A stretch of DNA of 64,000 nt from Eledone cirrhosa (taxonomy: Eukaryota), in assembly GCA_964016885.1 (NCBI GenBank), contig OZ024742.1:371814001-371878000 (forward strand). The letters run 5' to 3'. The position numbers and the translations under genes were made by a program. Shown here one piece after another: positions 1 to 12,600 of this stretch. The notes under the pieces were generated by a model, which had not been told where the DNA came from, ran no database searches, and saw nothing but the letters and a program-made list of their open reading frames with translations. Each line of letters starts with the position of its first letter. Position 1 is the stretch's first letter.

Positions 1-20
1 AATTTCTAGACCAGACAGCA

Positions 21-31
21 TGGCCCATTGG
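21..31 (+). promoter_or_regulatory. Pol III type-2 A-box-like motif (representative copy)
   Basis: TGGCCCATTGG versus consensus TRGCNNARYGG has one mismatch. It is followed by TTAG, as in tRNA D-loops. Confidence 0.65.
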
Positions 32-65
32 TTAGTGTGTTGGACTTGACAATTACAAGGTTGTG

Positions 66-76
66 GGTTCAATTTC
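66..76 (+). promoter_or_regulatory. Pol III type-2 B-box-like motif (representative copy)
   Basis: GGTTCAATTTC versus GGTTCRANNCC has one mismatch, at the normally invariant C61 equivalent. It lies 34 nt after the A box, a typical spacing for an intronless tRNA. Confidence 0.6.
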
Positions 77-97
77 TAGACCAGACAGCATGGCCCA

Positions 98-103
98 TTT
101 TTT
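98..103 (+). terminator. T6 tract, Pol III terminator-like variant (representative; recurs to about 29150)
   Basis: CCCATTGGTTAG is changed to CCCATTTTTTAG, usually in two adjacent monomers. Terminator function is inferred only. Confidence 0.3.
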
Positions 104-3100
104 AGTGTGTTGGACTTGACAATTACAAGGTTGTGGGTTCAATCTCTAGACCAGACAGCATGGCCCATTTTTTAGTGTGTTGGACTTGACAATTACAAGG
201 TTGTGGGTTCAATCTCTAGACCAGACAGCATGGCCCATTGGTTAGTGTGTTGGACTTGACAATTACAAGGTTGTGGATTCAATTTCTAGACCAGACAGTA
301 TGGCCCATTGGTTAGTGTGTTGGACTTGACAATTACAAGGTTATGGGTTCAATTTCTAGACCAGACAGCATGGCCCATTGGTTAGTGTGTTGGACTTGAC
401 AATTACAAGGTCGTGAGTTGAATTTCTACACCAGACAGCATGGCCCATTGGTTAGTGTGTTGGACTTGACAATTACAAGGTTGTGGGTTCAATTTCTAGA
501 CCAGACAGCATGGCCCATTGGTTAGTGTGTTGGACTTGACAATTACAAGGTTGTGGGTTCAATTTCTAGACCAGACAGCATGGCCCATTGGTTAGTGTGT
601 TCGACTTGACAATTACAAGGTTGTGGGTTCAATTTCTAGACCAGACAGCATGGTCCATTGGTTAGTGTGTTGGACTTGACAATTACAAGGTTGTGGGTTC
701 AATTTCTAGACCAGACAGCATGGCCCATTGGTTAGTGTGTTGGACTTAACAATTACAAGGGTGTGGGTTCTATTTCTAGACCAGACAGCATGGCCCATTG
801 GTTAGTGTGTTGGACTTGACAATTACAAGGTTGTGGGTTAAATTTCTAGACCAGACAGTATGGCCCATTGGTTAGTGTGTTGGACTTGACAATTACAAGG
901 TTGTGGGTTCAATTTCTAGACCAGACAGCATGGCCCATTGGTTAGTGTGTTGGACTTGACAATTACAAGGTCGTGAGTTGAATTTCTAGACCAGACAGCA
1001 TGGCCCATTGGTTAGTGTGTTGGACTTGACAATTACAGGGTTGTGGGTTCAATTTCTAGACCAGACAGCATGGTCCATTGGTTAGTGTGTTGGACTTGAC
1101 AATTACAAGGTTGTGGGTTCAATTTCTAGACCAGACAGCATGGCCCATTGGTTAGTGTGTTGGACTTGACAATTACAAGGTTGTGGGTTCAATTTCTAGA
1201 CCAGACAGCATTGTCCATTGGTTAGTGTGTTGGACTTGACAATTACAAGGTTGTGGGTTCAATTTCTAGACCAGACAGCATGGCCCATTGGTTAGTGTGT
1301 TGGACTTGACAATTACAAGGTTGTGGGTTCAATTTCTAGACCAGACAGCATGGTCCATTGGTTAGTGTGTTGGACTTGACAATTACAAGGTTGTGGGTTC
1401 AATTTCTAGACCAGACAGCATGGCCCATTGGTTAGTGTGTTGGACTTAACAATTACAGGGGTGTGGGTTCTATTTCTAGACCAGACAGCATGGCCCATTG
1501 GTTAGTGTGTTGGATTGACAATTACAAGGTTGTGGGTTAAATTTCTAGACCAGACAGTATGGCCCATTGGTTAGTGTGTTGGATTTGACAATTACAAGGT
1601 TGTGGGTTCAATTTCTAGACCAGACAGCATGGCCCATTGGTTAGTGTGTTCGACTTGACAATTACAAGGTTGTGGGTTCAATTTCTAGACCAGACAGCAT
1701 GGTCCATTGGTTAGTGTGTTGGACTTGACAATTACAAGGTTGTGGGTTCAATTTCTAGACCAGACAGCATGGCCCATTGGTTAGTGTGTTGGACTTGACA
1801 ATTACAAGGTTGTGGGTTCAATTTCTAGACCAGACAGCATTGTCCATTGCTTAGTGTGTTGGACTTGACAATTACAAGGTTGTGGGTTCAATTTCTAGAC
1901 CAGACAGCATGGCCCATTGGTTAGTGTGTTCGACTTGACAATTACAAGGTTGTGGGTTCAATTTCTAGACCAGACAGCATGGTCCATTGGTTAGTGTGTT
2001 GGACTTGACAATTACAAGGTTGTGGGTTCAATTTATAGACCAGACAGCATGGCCCATTGGTTAGTGTGTTGGACTTAACAATTACAAGGTTGTGGGTTCA
2101 ATTTCTAGACCAGACAGCATGGCCCATTGGTTAGTGTGTTGGACTTGACAATTACAAGGTTGTGGGTTCAATTTCTAGACCAGACAGCATTGTCCATTGG
2201 TTAGTGTGTTGGACTTGACAATTACAAGGTTGTGGGTTCAATTTCTAGACCAGACAGCATGGCCCATTTTTTAGTGTGTTGGACTTGACAATTACAAGGT
2301 TGTGGGTTCAATCTCTAGACCAGACAGCATGGCCCATTTTTTAGTGTGTTGGACTTGACAATTACAAGGTTGTGGGTTCAATCTCTAGACCAGACAGCAT
2401 GGCCCATTGGTTAGTGTGTTGGACTTGACAATTACAAGGTTGTGGATTCAATTTCTAGACCAGACAGTATGGCCCATTGGTTAGTGTGTTGGACTTGACA
2501 ATTACAAGGTTATGGGTTCAATTTCTAGACCAGACAGCATGGCCCATTGGTTAGTGTGTTGGACTTGACAATTACAAGGTCGTGAGTTGAATTTCTACAC
2601 CAGACAGCATGGCCCATTGGTTAGTGTGTTGGACTTGACAATTACAGGGTTGTGGGTTCAATTTCTAGACCAGACAGCATGGCCCATTGGTTAGTGTGTT
2701 GGACTTGACAATTACAAGGTTGTGGGTTCAATTTCTAGACCAGACAGCATGGCCCATTGGTTAGTGTGTTGGACTTGACAATTACAAGGTTGTGGGTTCA
2801 ATTTCTAGACCAGACAGCATTGTCCATTGGTTAGTGTGTTGGACTTGACAATTACAAGGTTGTGGGTTCAATTTCTAGACCAGACAGCATGGCCCATTGG
2901 TTAGTGTGTTGGACTTAACAATTACAAGGGTGTGGGTTCTATTTCTAGACCAGACAGCATGGCCCATTGGTTAGTGTGTTGGACTTGACAATTACAAGGT
3001 TGTGGGTTAAATTTCTAGACCAGACAGTATGGCCCATTGGTTAGTGTGTTGGACTTGACAATTACAAGGTTGTGGGTTCAATTTCTAGACCAGACAGCAT

Positions 3101-6100
3101 GGCCCATTGGTTAGTGTGTTGGACTTGACAATTACAAGGTCGTGAGTTGAATTTCTAGACCAGACAGCATGGCCCATTGGTTAGTGTGTTGGACTTGACA
3201 ATTACAGGGTTGTGGGTTCAATTTCTAGACCAGACAGCATGGCCCATTGGTTAGTGTGTTGGACTTGACAATTACAAGGTTGTGGGTTCAATTTCTAGAC
3301 CAGACAGCATGGCCCATTGGTTAGTGTGTTGGACTTGACAATTACAAGGTTGTGGGTTCAATTTCTAGACCAGACAGCATTGTCCATTGGTTAGTGTGTT
3401 GGACTTGACAATTACAAGGTTGTGGGTTCAATTTCTAGACCAGACAGCATGGCCCATTTTTTAGTGTGTTGGACTTGACAATTACAAGGTTGTGGGTTCA
3501 ATCTCTAGACCAGACAGCATGGCCCATTTTTTAGTGTGTTGGACTTGACAATTACAAGGTTGTGGGTTCAATCTCTAGACCAGACAGCATGGCCCATTGG
3601 TTAGTGTGTTGGACTTGACAATTACAAGGTTGTGGATTCAATTTCTAGACCAGACAGTATGGCCCATTGGTTAGTGTGTTGGACTTGACAATTACAAGGT
3701 TATGGGTTCAATTTCTAGACCAGACAGCATGGCCCATTGGTTAGTGTGTTGGACTTGACAATTACAAGGTCGTGAGTTGAATTTCTACACCAGACAGCAT
3801 GGCCCATTGGTTAGTGTGTTGGACTTGACAATTACAAGGTTGTGGGTTCAATTTCTAGACCAGACAGCATGGCCCATTGGTTAGTGTGTTGGACTTGACA
3901 ATTACAAGGTTGTGGGTTCAATTTCTAGACCAGACAGCATGGCCCATTGGTTAGTGTGTTCGACTTGACAATTACAAGGTTGTGGGTTCAATTTCTAGAC
4001 CAGACAGCATGGTCCATTGGTTAGTGTGTTGGACTTGACAATTACAAGGTTGTGGGTTCAATTTCTAGACCAGACAGCATGGCCCATTGGTTAGTGTGTT
4101 GGACTTAACAATTACAAGGGTGTGGGTTCTATTTCTAGACCAGACAGCATGGCCCATTGGTTAGTGTGTTGGACTTGACAATTACAAGGTTGTGGGTTAA
4201 ATTTCTAGACCAGACAGTATGGCCCATTGGTTAGTGTGTTGGACTTGACAATTACAAGGTTGTGGGTTCAATTTCTAGACCAGACAGCATGGCCCATTGG
4301 TTAGTGTGTTGGACTTGACAATTACAAGGTCGTGAGTTGAATTTCTAGACCAGACAGCATGGCCCATTGGTTAGTGTGTTGGACTTGACAATTACAGGGT
4401 TGTGGGTTCAATTTCTAGACCAGACAGCATGGTCCATTGGTTAGTGTGTTGGACTTGACAATTACAAGGTTGTGGGTTCAATTTCTAGACCAGACAGCAT
4501 GGCCCATTGGTTAGTGTGTTGGACTTGACAATTACAAGGTTGTGGGTTCAATTTCTAGACCAGACAGCATTGTCCATTGGTTAGTGTGTTGGACTTGACA
4601 ATTACAAGGTTGTGGGTTCAATTTCTAGACCAGACAGCATGGCCCATTGGTTAGTGTGTTGGACTTGACAATTACAAGGTTGTGGGTTCAATTTCTAGAC
4701 CAGACAGCATGGTCCATTGGTTAGTGTGTTGGACTTGACAATTACAAGGTTGTGGGTTCAATTTCTAGACCAGACAGCATGGCCCATTGGTTAGTGTGTT
4801 GGACTTAACAATTACAGGGGTGTGGGTTCTATTTCTAGACCAGACAGCATGGCCCATTGGTTAGTGTGTTGGATTGACAATTACAAGGTTGTGGGTTAAA
4901 TTTCTAGACCAGACAGTATGGCCCATTGGTTAGTGTGTTGGATTTGACAATTACAAGGTTGTGGGTTCAATTTCTAGACCAGACAGCATGGCCCATTGGT
5001 TAGTGTGTTCGACTTGACAATTACAAGGTTGTGGGTTCAATTTCTAGACCAGACAGCATGGTCCATTGGTTAGTGTGTTGGACTTGACAATTACAAGGTT
5101 GTGGGTTCAATTTCTAGACCAGACAGCATGGCCCATTGGTTAGTGTGTTGGACTTGACAATTACAAGGTTGTAGCTTGTATTTCTAGACCAGACAGCATT
5201 GTCCATTGCTTAGTGTGTTGGACTTGACAATTACAAGGTTGTGGGTTCAATTTCTAGACCAGACAGCATGGCCCATTGGTTAGTGTGTTCGACTTGACAA
5301 TTACAAGGTTGTGGGTTCAATTTCTAGACCAGACAGCATGGTCCATTGGTTAGTGTGTTGGACTTGACAATTACAAGGTTGTGGGTTCAATTTATAGACC
5401 AGACAGCATGGCCCATTGGTTAGTGTGTTGGACTTAACAATTACAAGGTTGTGGGTTCAATTTCTAGACCAGACAGCATGGCCCATTGGTTAGTGTGTTG
5501 GACTTGACAATTACAAGGTTGTGGGTTCAATTTCTAGACCAGACAGCATTGTCCATTGGTTAGTGTGTTGGACTTGACAATTACAAGGTTGTGGGTTCAA
5601 TTTCTAGACCAGACAGCATGGCCCATTTTTTAGTGTGTTGGACTTGACAATTACAAGGTTGTGGGTTCAATCTCTAGACCAGACAGCATGGCCCATTTTT
5701 TAGTGTGTTGGACTTGACAATTACAAGGTTGTGGGTTCAATCTCTAGACCAGACAGCATGGCCCATTGGTTAGTGTGTTGGACTTGACAATTACAAGGTT
5801 GTGGATTCAATTTCTAGACCAGACAGTATGGCCCATTGGTTAGTGTGTTGGACTTGACAATTACAAGGTTATGGGTTCAATTTCTAGACCAGACAGCATG
5901 GCCCATTGGTTAGTGTGTTGGACTTGACAATTACAAGGTCGTGAGTTGAATTTCTACACCAGACAGCATGGCCCATTGGTTAGTGTGTTGGACTTGACAA
6001 TTACAGGGTTGTGGGTTCAATTTCTAGACCAGACAGCATGGCCCATTGGTTAGTGTGTTGGACTTGACAATTACAAGGTTGTGGGTTCAATTTCTAGACC

Positions 6101-6809
6101 AGACAGCATGGCCCATTGGTTAGTGTGTTGGACTTGACAATTACAAGGTTGTGGGTTCAATTTCTAGACCAGACAGCATTGTCCATTGGTTAGTGTGTTG
6201 GACTTGACAATTACAAGGTTGTGGGTTCAATTTCTAGACCAGACAGCATGGCCCATTGGTTAGTGTGTTGGACTTAACAATTACAAGGGTGTGGGTTCTA
6301 TTTCTAGACCAGACAGCATGGCCCATTGGTTAGTGTGTTGGACTTGACAATTACAAGGTTGTGGGTTAAATTTCTAGACCAGACAGTATGGCCCATTGGT
6401 TAGTGTGTTGGACTTGACAATTACAAGGTTGTGGGTTCAATTTCTAGACCAGACAGCATGGCCCATTGGTTAGTGTGTTGGACTTGACAATTACAAGGTC
6501 GTGAGTTGAATTTCTAGACCAGACAGCATGGCCCATTGGTTAGTGTGTTGGACTTGACAATTACAGGGTTGTGGGTTCAATTTCTAGACCAGACAGCATG
6601 GCCCATTGGTTAGTGTGTTGGACTTGACAATTACAAGGTTGTGGGTTCAATTTCTAGACCAGACAGCATGGCCCATTGGTTAGTGTGTTGGACTTGACAA
6701 TTACAAGGTTGTGGGTTCAATTTCTAGACCAGACAGCATTGTCCATTGGTTAGTGTGTTGGACTTGACAATTACAAGGTTGTGGGTTCAATTTCTAGACC
6801 AGACAGCAT

Positions 6810-9690
6810 GGCCCATTGGTTAGTGTGTTCGACTTGACAATTACAAGGTTGTGGGTTCAATTTCTAGACCAGACAGCATGGTCCATTGGTTAGTGTGTTG
6901 GACTTGACAATTACAAGGTTGTGGGTTCAATTTCTAGACCAGACAGCATGGCCCATTGGTTAGTGTGTTGGACTTAACAATTACAGGCGTGTGGGTTCTA
7001 TTTCTAGACCAGACAGCATGGCCCATTGGTTAGTGTGTTGGACTTGACAATTACAAGGTTGTGGGTTAAATTTCTAGACCAGACAGTATGGCCCATTGGT
7101 TAGTGTGTTGGACTTGACAATTACAAGGTTGTGGGTTCAATTTCTAGACCAGACAGCATGGCCCATTGGTTAGTGTGTTGGACTTGACAATTACAAGGTC
7201 GTGAGTTGAATTTCTAGACCAGACAGCATGGCCCATTGGTTAGTGTGTTGGACTTGACAATTACAGGGTTGTGGGTTCAATTTCTAGACCAGACAGCATG
7301 GTCCATTGGTTAGTGTGTTGGACTTGACAATTACAAGGTTGTGGGTTCAATTTCTAGACCAGACAGCATGGCCCATTGGTTAGTGTGTTGGACTTGACAA
7401 TTACAAGGTTGTGGGTTCAATTTCTAGACCAGACAGCATTGTCCATTGGTTAGTGTGTTGGACTTGACAATTACAAGGTTGTGGGTTCAATTTCTAGACC
7501 AGACAGCATGGCCCATTGGTTAGTGTGTTGGACTTGACAATTACAAGGTTGTGGGTTCAATTTCTAGACCAGACAGCATGGTCCATTGGTTAGTGTGTTG
7601 GACTTGACAATTACAAGGTTGTGGGTTCAATTTCTAGACCAGACAGCATGGCCCATTGGTTAGTGTGTTGGACTTAACAATTACAGGGGTGTGGGTTCTA
7701 TTTCTAGACCAGACAGCATGGCCCATTGGTTAGTGTGTTGGATTGACAATTACAAGGTTGTGGGTTAAATTTCTAGACCAGACAGTATGGCCCATTGGTT
7801 AGTGTGTTGGATTTGACAATTACAAGGTTGTGGGTTCAATTTCTAGACCAGACAGCATGGCCCATTGGTTAGTGTGTTCGACTTGACAATTACAAGGTTG
7901 TGGGTTCAATTTCTAGACCAGACAGCATGGTCCATTGGTTAGTGTGTTGGACTTGACAATTACAAGGTTGTGGGTTCAATTTCTAGACCAGACAGCATGG
8001 CCCATTGGTTAGTGTGTTGGACTTGACAATTACAAGGTTGTGGGTTCAATTTCTAGACCAGACAGCATTGTCCATTGCTTAGTGTGTTGGACTTGACAAT
8101 TACAAGGTTGTGGGTTCAATTTCTAGACCAGACAGCATGGCCCATTGGTTAGTGTGTTCGACTTGACAATTACAAGGTTGTGGGTTCAATTTCTAGACCA
8201 GACAGCATGGTCCATTGGTTAGTGTGTTGGACTTGACAATTACAAGGTTGTGGGTTCAATTTATAGACCAGACAGCATGGCCCATTGGTTAGTGTGTTGG
8301 ACTTAACAATTACAAGGTTGTGGGTTCAATTTCTAGACCAGACAGCATGGCCCATTGGTTAGTGTGTTGGACTTGACAATTACAAGGTTGTGGGTTCAAT
8401 TTCTAGACCAGACAGCATTGTCCATTGGTTAGTGTGTTGGACTTGACAATTACAAGGTTGTGGGTTCAATTTCTAGACCAGACAGCATGGCCCATTTTTT
8501 AGTGTGTTGGACTTGACAATTACAAGGTTGTGGGTTCAATCTCTAGACCAGACAGCATGGCCCATTTTTTAGTGTGTTGGACTTGACAATTACAAGGTTG
8601 TGGGTTCAATCTCTAGACCAGACAGCATGGCCCATTGGTTAGTGTGTTGGACTTGACAATTACAAGGTTGTGGATTCAATTTCTAGACCAGACAGTATGG
8701 CCCATTGGTTAGTGTGTTGGACTTGACAATTACAAGGTTATGGGTTCAATTTCTAGACCAGACAGCATGGCCCATTGGTTAGTGTGTTGGACTTGACAAT
8801 TACAAGGTCGTGAGTTGAATTTCTACACCAGACAGCATGGCCCATTGGTTAGTGTGTTGGACTTGACAATTACAGGGTTGTGGGTTCAATTTCTAGACCA
8901 GACAGCATGGCCCATTGGTTAGTGTGTTGGACTTGACAATTACAAGGTTGTGGGTTCAATTTCTAGACCAGACAGCATGGCCCATTGGTTAGTGTGTTGG
9001 ACTTGACAATTACAAGGTTGTGGGTTCAATTTCTAGACCAGACAGCATTGTCCATTGGTTAGTGTGTTGGACTTGACAATTACAAGGTTGTGGGTTCAAT
9101 TTCTAGACCAGACAGCATGGCCCATTGGTTAGTGTGTTGGACTTAACAATTACAAGGGTGTGGGTTCTATTTCTAGACCAGACAGCATGGCCCATTGGTT
9201 AGTGTGTTGGACTTGACAATTACAAGGTTGTGGGTTAAATTTCTAGACCAGACAGTATGGCCCATTGGTTAGTGTGTTGGACTTGACAATTACAAGGTTG
9301 TGGGTTCAATTTCTAGACCAGACAGCATGGCCCATTGGTTAGTGTGTTGGACTTGACAATTACAAGGTCGTGAGTTGAATTTCTAGACCAGACAGCATGG
9401 CCCATTGGTTAGTGTGTTGGACTTGACAATTACAGGGTTGTGGGTTCAATTTCTAGACCAGACAGCATGGCCCATTGGTTAGTGTGTTGGACTTGACAAT
9501 TACAAGGTTGTGGGTTCAATTTCTAGACCAGACAGCATGGCCCATTGGTTAGTGTGTTGGACTTGACAATTACAAGGTTGTGGGTTCAATTTCTAGACCA
9601 GACAGCATTGTCCATTGGTTAGTGTGTTGGACTTGACAATTACAAGGTTGTGGGTTCAATTTCTAGACCAGACAGCATGGCCCATTGGTT
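6810..9690. repeat. Further copy offset by 41 monomers (2869 bp)
   Basis: The third copy of the 1-bp deletion is at 7742 (4873+2869). The AGGCGTG marker occurs near 6985 and 9854. Confidence 0.85.
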
Positions 9691-12600
9691 AGTGTGTTCG
9701 ACTTGACAATTACAAGGTTGTGGGTTCAATTTCTAGACCAGACAGCATGGTCCATTGGTTAGTGTGTTGGACTTGACAATTACAAGGTTGTGGGTTCAAT
9801 TTCTAGACCAGACAGCATGGCCCATTGGTTAGTGTGTTGGACTTAACAATTACAGGCGTGTGGGTTCTATTTCTAGACCAGACAGCATGGCCCATTGGTT
9901 AGTGTGTTGGACTTGACAATTACAAGGTTGTGGGTTAAATTTCTAGACCAGACAGTATGGCCCATTGGTTAGTGTGTTGGACTTGACAATTACAAGGTTG
10001 TGGGTTCAATTTCTAGACCAGACAGCATGGCCCATTGGTTAGTGTGTTCGACTTGACAATTACAAGGTTGTGGGTTCAATTTCTAGACCAGACAGCATGG
10101 TCCATTGGTTAGTGTGTTGGACTTGACAATTACAAGGTTGTGGGTTCAATTTCTAGACCAGACAGCATGGCCCATTGGTTAGTGTGTTGGACTTAACAAT
10201 TACAAGGGTGTGGGTTCTATTTCTAGACCAGACAGCATGGCCCATTGGTTAGTGTGTTGGACTTGACAATTACAAGGTTGTGGGTTAAATTTCTAGACCA
10301 GACAGTATGGCCCATTGGTTAGTGTGTTGGACTTGTCAATTACAAGGTTATGGGTTCAATTTCTAGACCAGACAGCATGGCCCATTGGTTAGTGTGTTGG
10401 ACTTGACAATTACAAGGTCGTGAGTTGAATTTCTAGACCAGACAGCATGGCCCATTGGTTAGTGTGTTGGACTTGACAATTACAGGGTTGTGGGTTCAAT
10501 TTCTAGACCAGACAGCATGGCCCATTGGTTAGTGTGTTGGACTTGACAATTACAAGGTTGTGGGTTCAATTTCTAGACCAGACAGCATGGCCCATTGGTT
10601 AGTGTGTTGGACTTGACAATTACAAGGTTGTGGGTTCAATTTCTAGACCAGACAGCATTGTCCATTGGTTAGTGTGTTGGACTTGACAATTACAAGGTTG
10701 TGGGTTCAATTTCTAGACCAGACAGCATGGCCCATTGGTTAGTGTGTTCGACTTGACAATTACAAGGTTGTGGGTTCAATTTCTAGACCAGACAGCATGG
10801 TCCATTGGTTAGTGTGTTGGACTTGACAATTACAAGGTTGTGGGTTCAATTTATAGACCAGACAGCATGGCCCATTGGTTAGTGTGTTGGACTTAACAAT
10901 TACAAGGTTGTGGGTTCAATTTCTAGACCAGACAGCATGGCCCATTGGTTAGTGTGTTGGACTTGACAATTACAAGGTTGTGGGTTCAATTTCTAGACCA
11001 GACAGCATGGCCCATTTTTTAGTGTGTTGGACTTGACAATTACAAGGTTGTGGGTTCAATCTTTAGACCAGACAGCATGGCCCATTTTTTAGTGTGTTGG
11101 ACTTGACAATTACAAGGTTGTGGGTTCAATCTCTAGACCAGACAGCATGGCCCATTGGTTAGTGTGTTGGACTTGACAATTACAAGGTTGTGGATTCAAT
11201 TTCTAGACCAGACAGTATGGCCCATTGGTTAGTGTGTTGGACTTGACAATTACAAGGTTATGGGTTCAATTTCTAGACCAGACAGCATGGCCCATTGGTT
11301 AGTGTGTTGGACTTGACAATTACAAGGTCGTGAGTTGAATTTCTACACCAGACAGCATGGCCCATTGGTTAGTGTGTTGGACTTGACAATTACAGGGTTG
11401 TGGGTTCAATTTCTAGACCAGACAGCATGGCCCATTGGTTAGTGTGTTCGACTTGACAATTACAAGGTTGTGGGTTCAATTTCTAGACCAGACAGCATGG
11501 CCCATTGGTTAGTGTGTTCGACTTGACAATTACAAGGTTGTGGGTTCAATTTCTAGACCAGACAGCATGGTCCATTGGTTAGTGTGTTGGACTTGACAAT
11601 TACAAGGTTGTGGGTTCAATTTCTAGACCAGACAGCATGGCCCATTGGTTAGTGTGTTGGACTTAACAATTACAAGGGTGTGGGTTCTATTTCTAGACCA
11701 GACAGCATGGCCCATTGGTTAGTGTGTTGGACTTGACAATTACAAGGTTGTGGGTTAAATTTCTAGACCAGACAGTATGGCCCATTGGTTAGTGTGTTGG
11801 ACTTGACAATTACAAGGTTGTGGGTTCAATTTCTAGAGCAGACAGCATGGCCCATTGGTTAGTGTGTTGGACTTGACAATTACAAGGTCGTGAGTTGAAT
11901 TTCTAGACCAGACAGCATGGCCCATTGGTTAGTGTGTTGGACTTGACAATTACAGGGTTGTGGGTTCAATTTCTAGACCAGACAGCATGGCCCATTGGTT
12001 AGTGTGTTGGACTTGACAATTACAAGGTTGTGGGTTCAATTTCTAGACCAGACAGCATGGCCCATTGGTTAGTGTGTTGGACTTGACAATTACAAGGTTG
12101 TGGGTTCAATTTCTAGACCAGACAGCATTGTCCATTGGTTAGTGTGTTGGACTTGACAATTACAAGGTTGTGGGTTCAATTTCTAGACCAGACAGCATGG
12201 CCCATTGGTTAGTGTGTTCGACTTGACAATTACAAGGTTGTGGGTTCAATTTCTAGACCAGACAGCATGGCCCATTGGTTAGTGTGTTCGACTTGACAAT
12301 TACAAGGTTGTGGGTTCAATTTCTAGACCAGACAGCATTGTCCATTGGTTAGTGTGTTGGACTTGACAATTACAAGATTGTGGGTTCAATTTCTAGACCA
12401 GACAGCATGGCCCATTTTTTAGTGTGTTGGACTTGACAATTACAAGGTTGTGGGTTCAATCTCTAGACCAGACAGCATGGCCCATTTTTTAGTGTGTTGG
12501 ACTTGACAATTACAAGGTTGTGGGTTCAATCTCTAGACCAGACAGCATGGCCCATTGGTTAGTGTGTTGGACTTGACAATTACAAGGTTGTGGATTCAAT

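Larger units (their letters stand above)
14..83 (+). pseudogene. tRNA-like / tRNA-SINE-head-derived monomer (representative copy; applies to every monomer)
   Basis: GACAGCA-TG-GCCC-ATTGGTTA-GTGT-G-TTGGA-CTTGACA-ATTAC-AAGGTT-GTGGG-TTCAATT-TCTAG-ACCA has tRNA landmarks T8, A14, G18G19, A21, C32T33, G53-T54-T55-C56 and A58 at near-canonical spacing. The D stem is partial (3 of 4 pairs including G-U) and the T stem is partial (4 of 5 including G-U). The anticodon stem is poor and there is no acceptor-stem pairing. Confidence 0.75.
30..6810. repeat. Tandem duplication of a 48-monomer block (3359 bp)
   Basis: The shared 1-bp deletion GGATTGAC occurs at 1514 and 4873 (48x70-1). The order of variants (CATTGC, TTATAG, T6 pairs, CTACAC) is the same in both copies. 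Confidence 0.9.

Noticed and set aside
5-11. TCTAGA (XbaI) in every monomer as a sign of a synthetic concatemer
   Set aside because: The hierarchical shared variants and duplications indicate natural evolution. The site is useful only for a 70-bp ladder digest.
28-40. Telomeric repeat (TTGGTTAGTG resembles TTAGG/TTAGGG)
   Set aside because: It is a single imperfect motif per 70 bp with no tandem telomeric units, and is better explained as the tRNA D-loop GGTTAG.
46-74. Bacterial sigma70 promoter (perfect TTGACA in each monomer)
   Set aside because: The -10 position reads TCAATT, a poor match, and the context is a eukaryote-type satellite with no genes.
14-83. Functional tRNA gene array (anticodon TGA, Ser-like)
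   Set aside because: There is no acceptor stem, the anticodon stem is mismatched, position 37 is a pyrimidine, the long Ser variable arm is missing and C61 is lost. The isotype cannot be assigned.
80-83. Encoded ACCA end on the tRNA-phased monomer, suggesting a retrocopied mature tRNA
   Set aside because: It follows the T arm directly with no 3' acceptor strand, and a 3-4 nt match is expected by chance.
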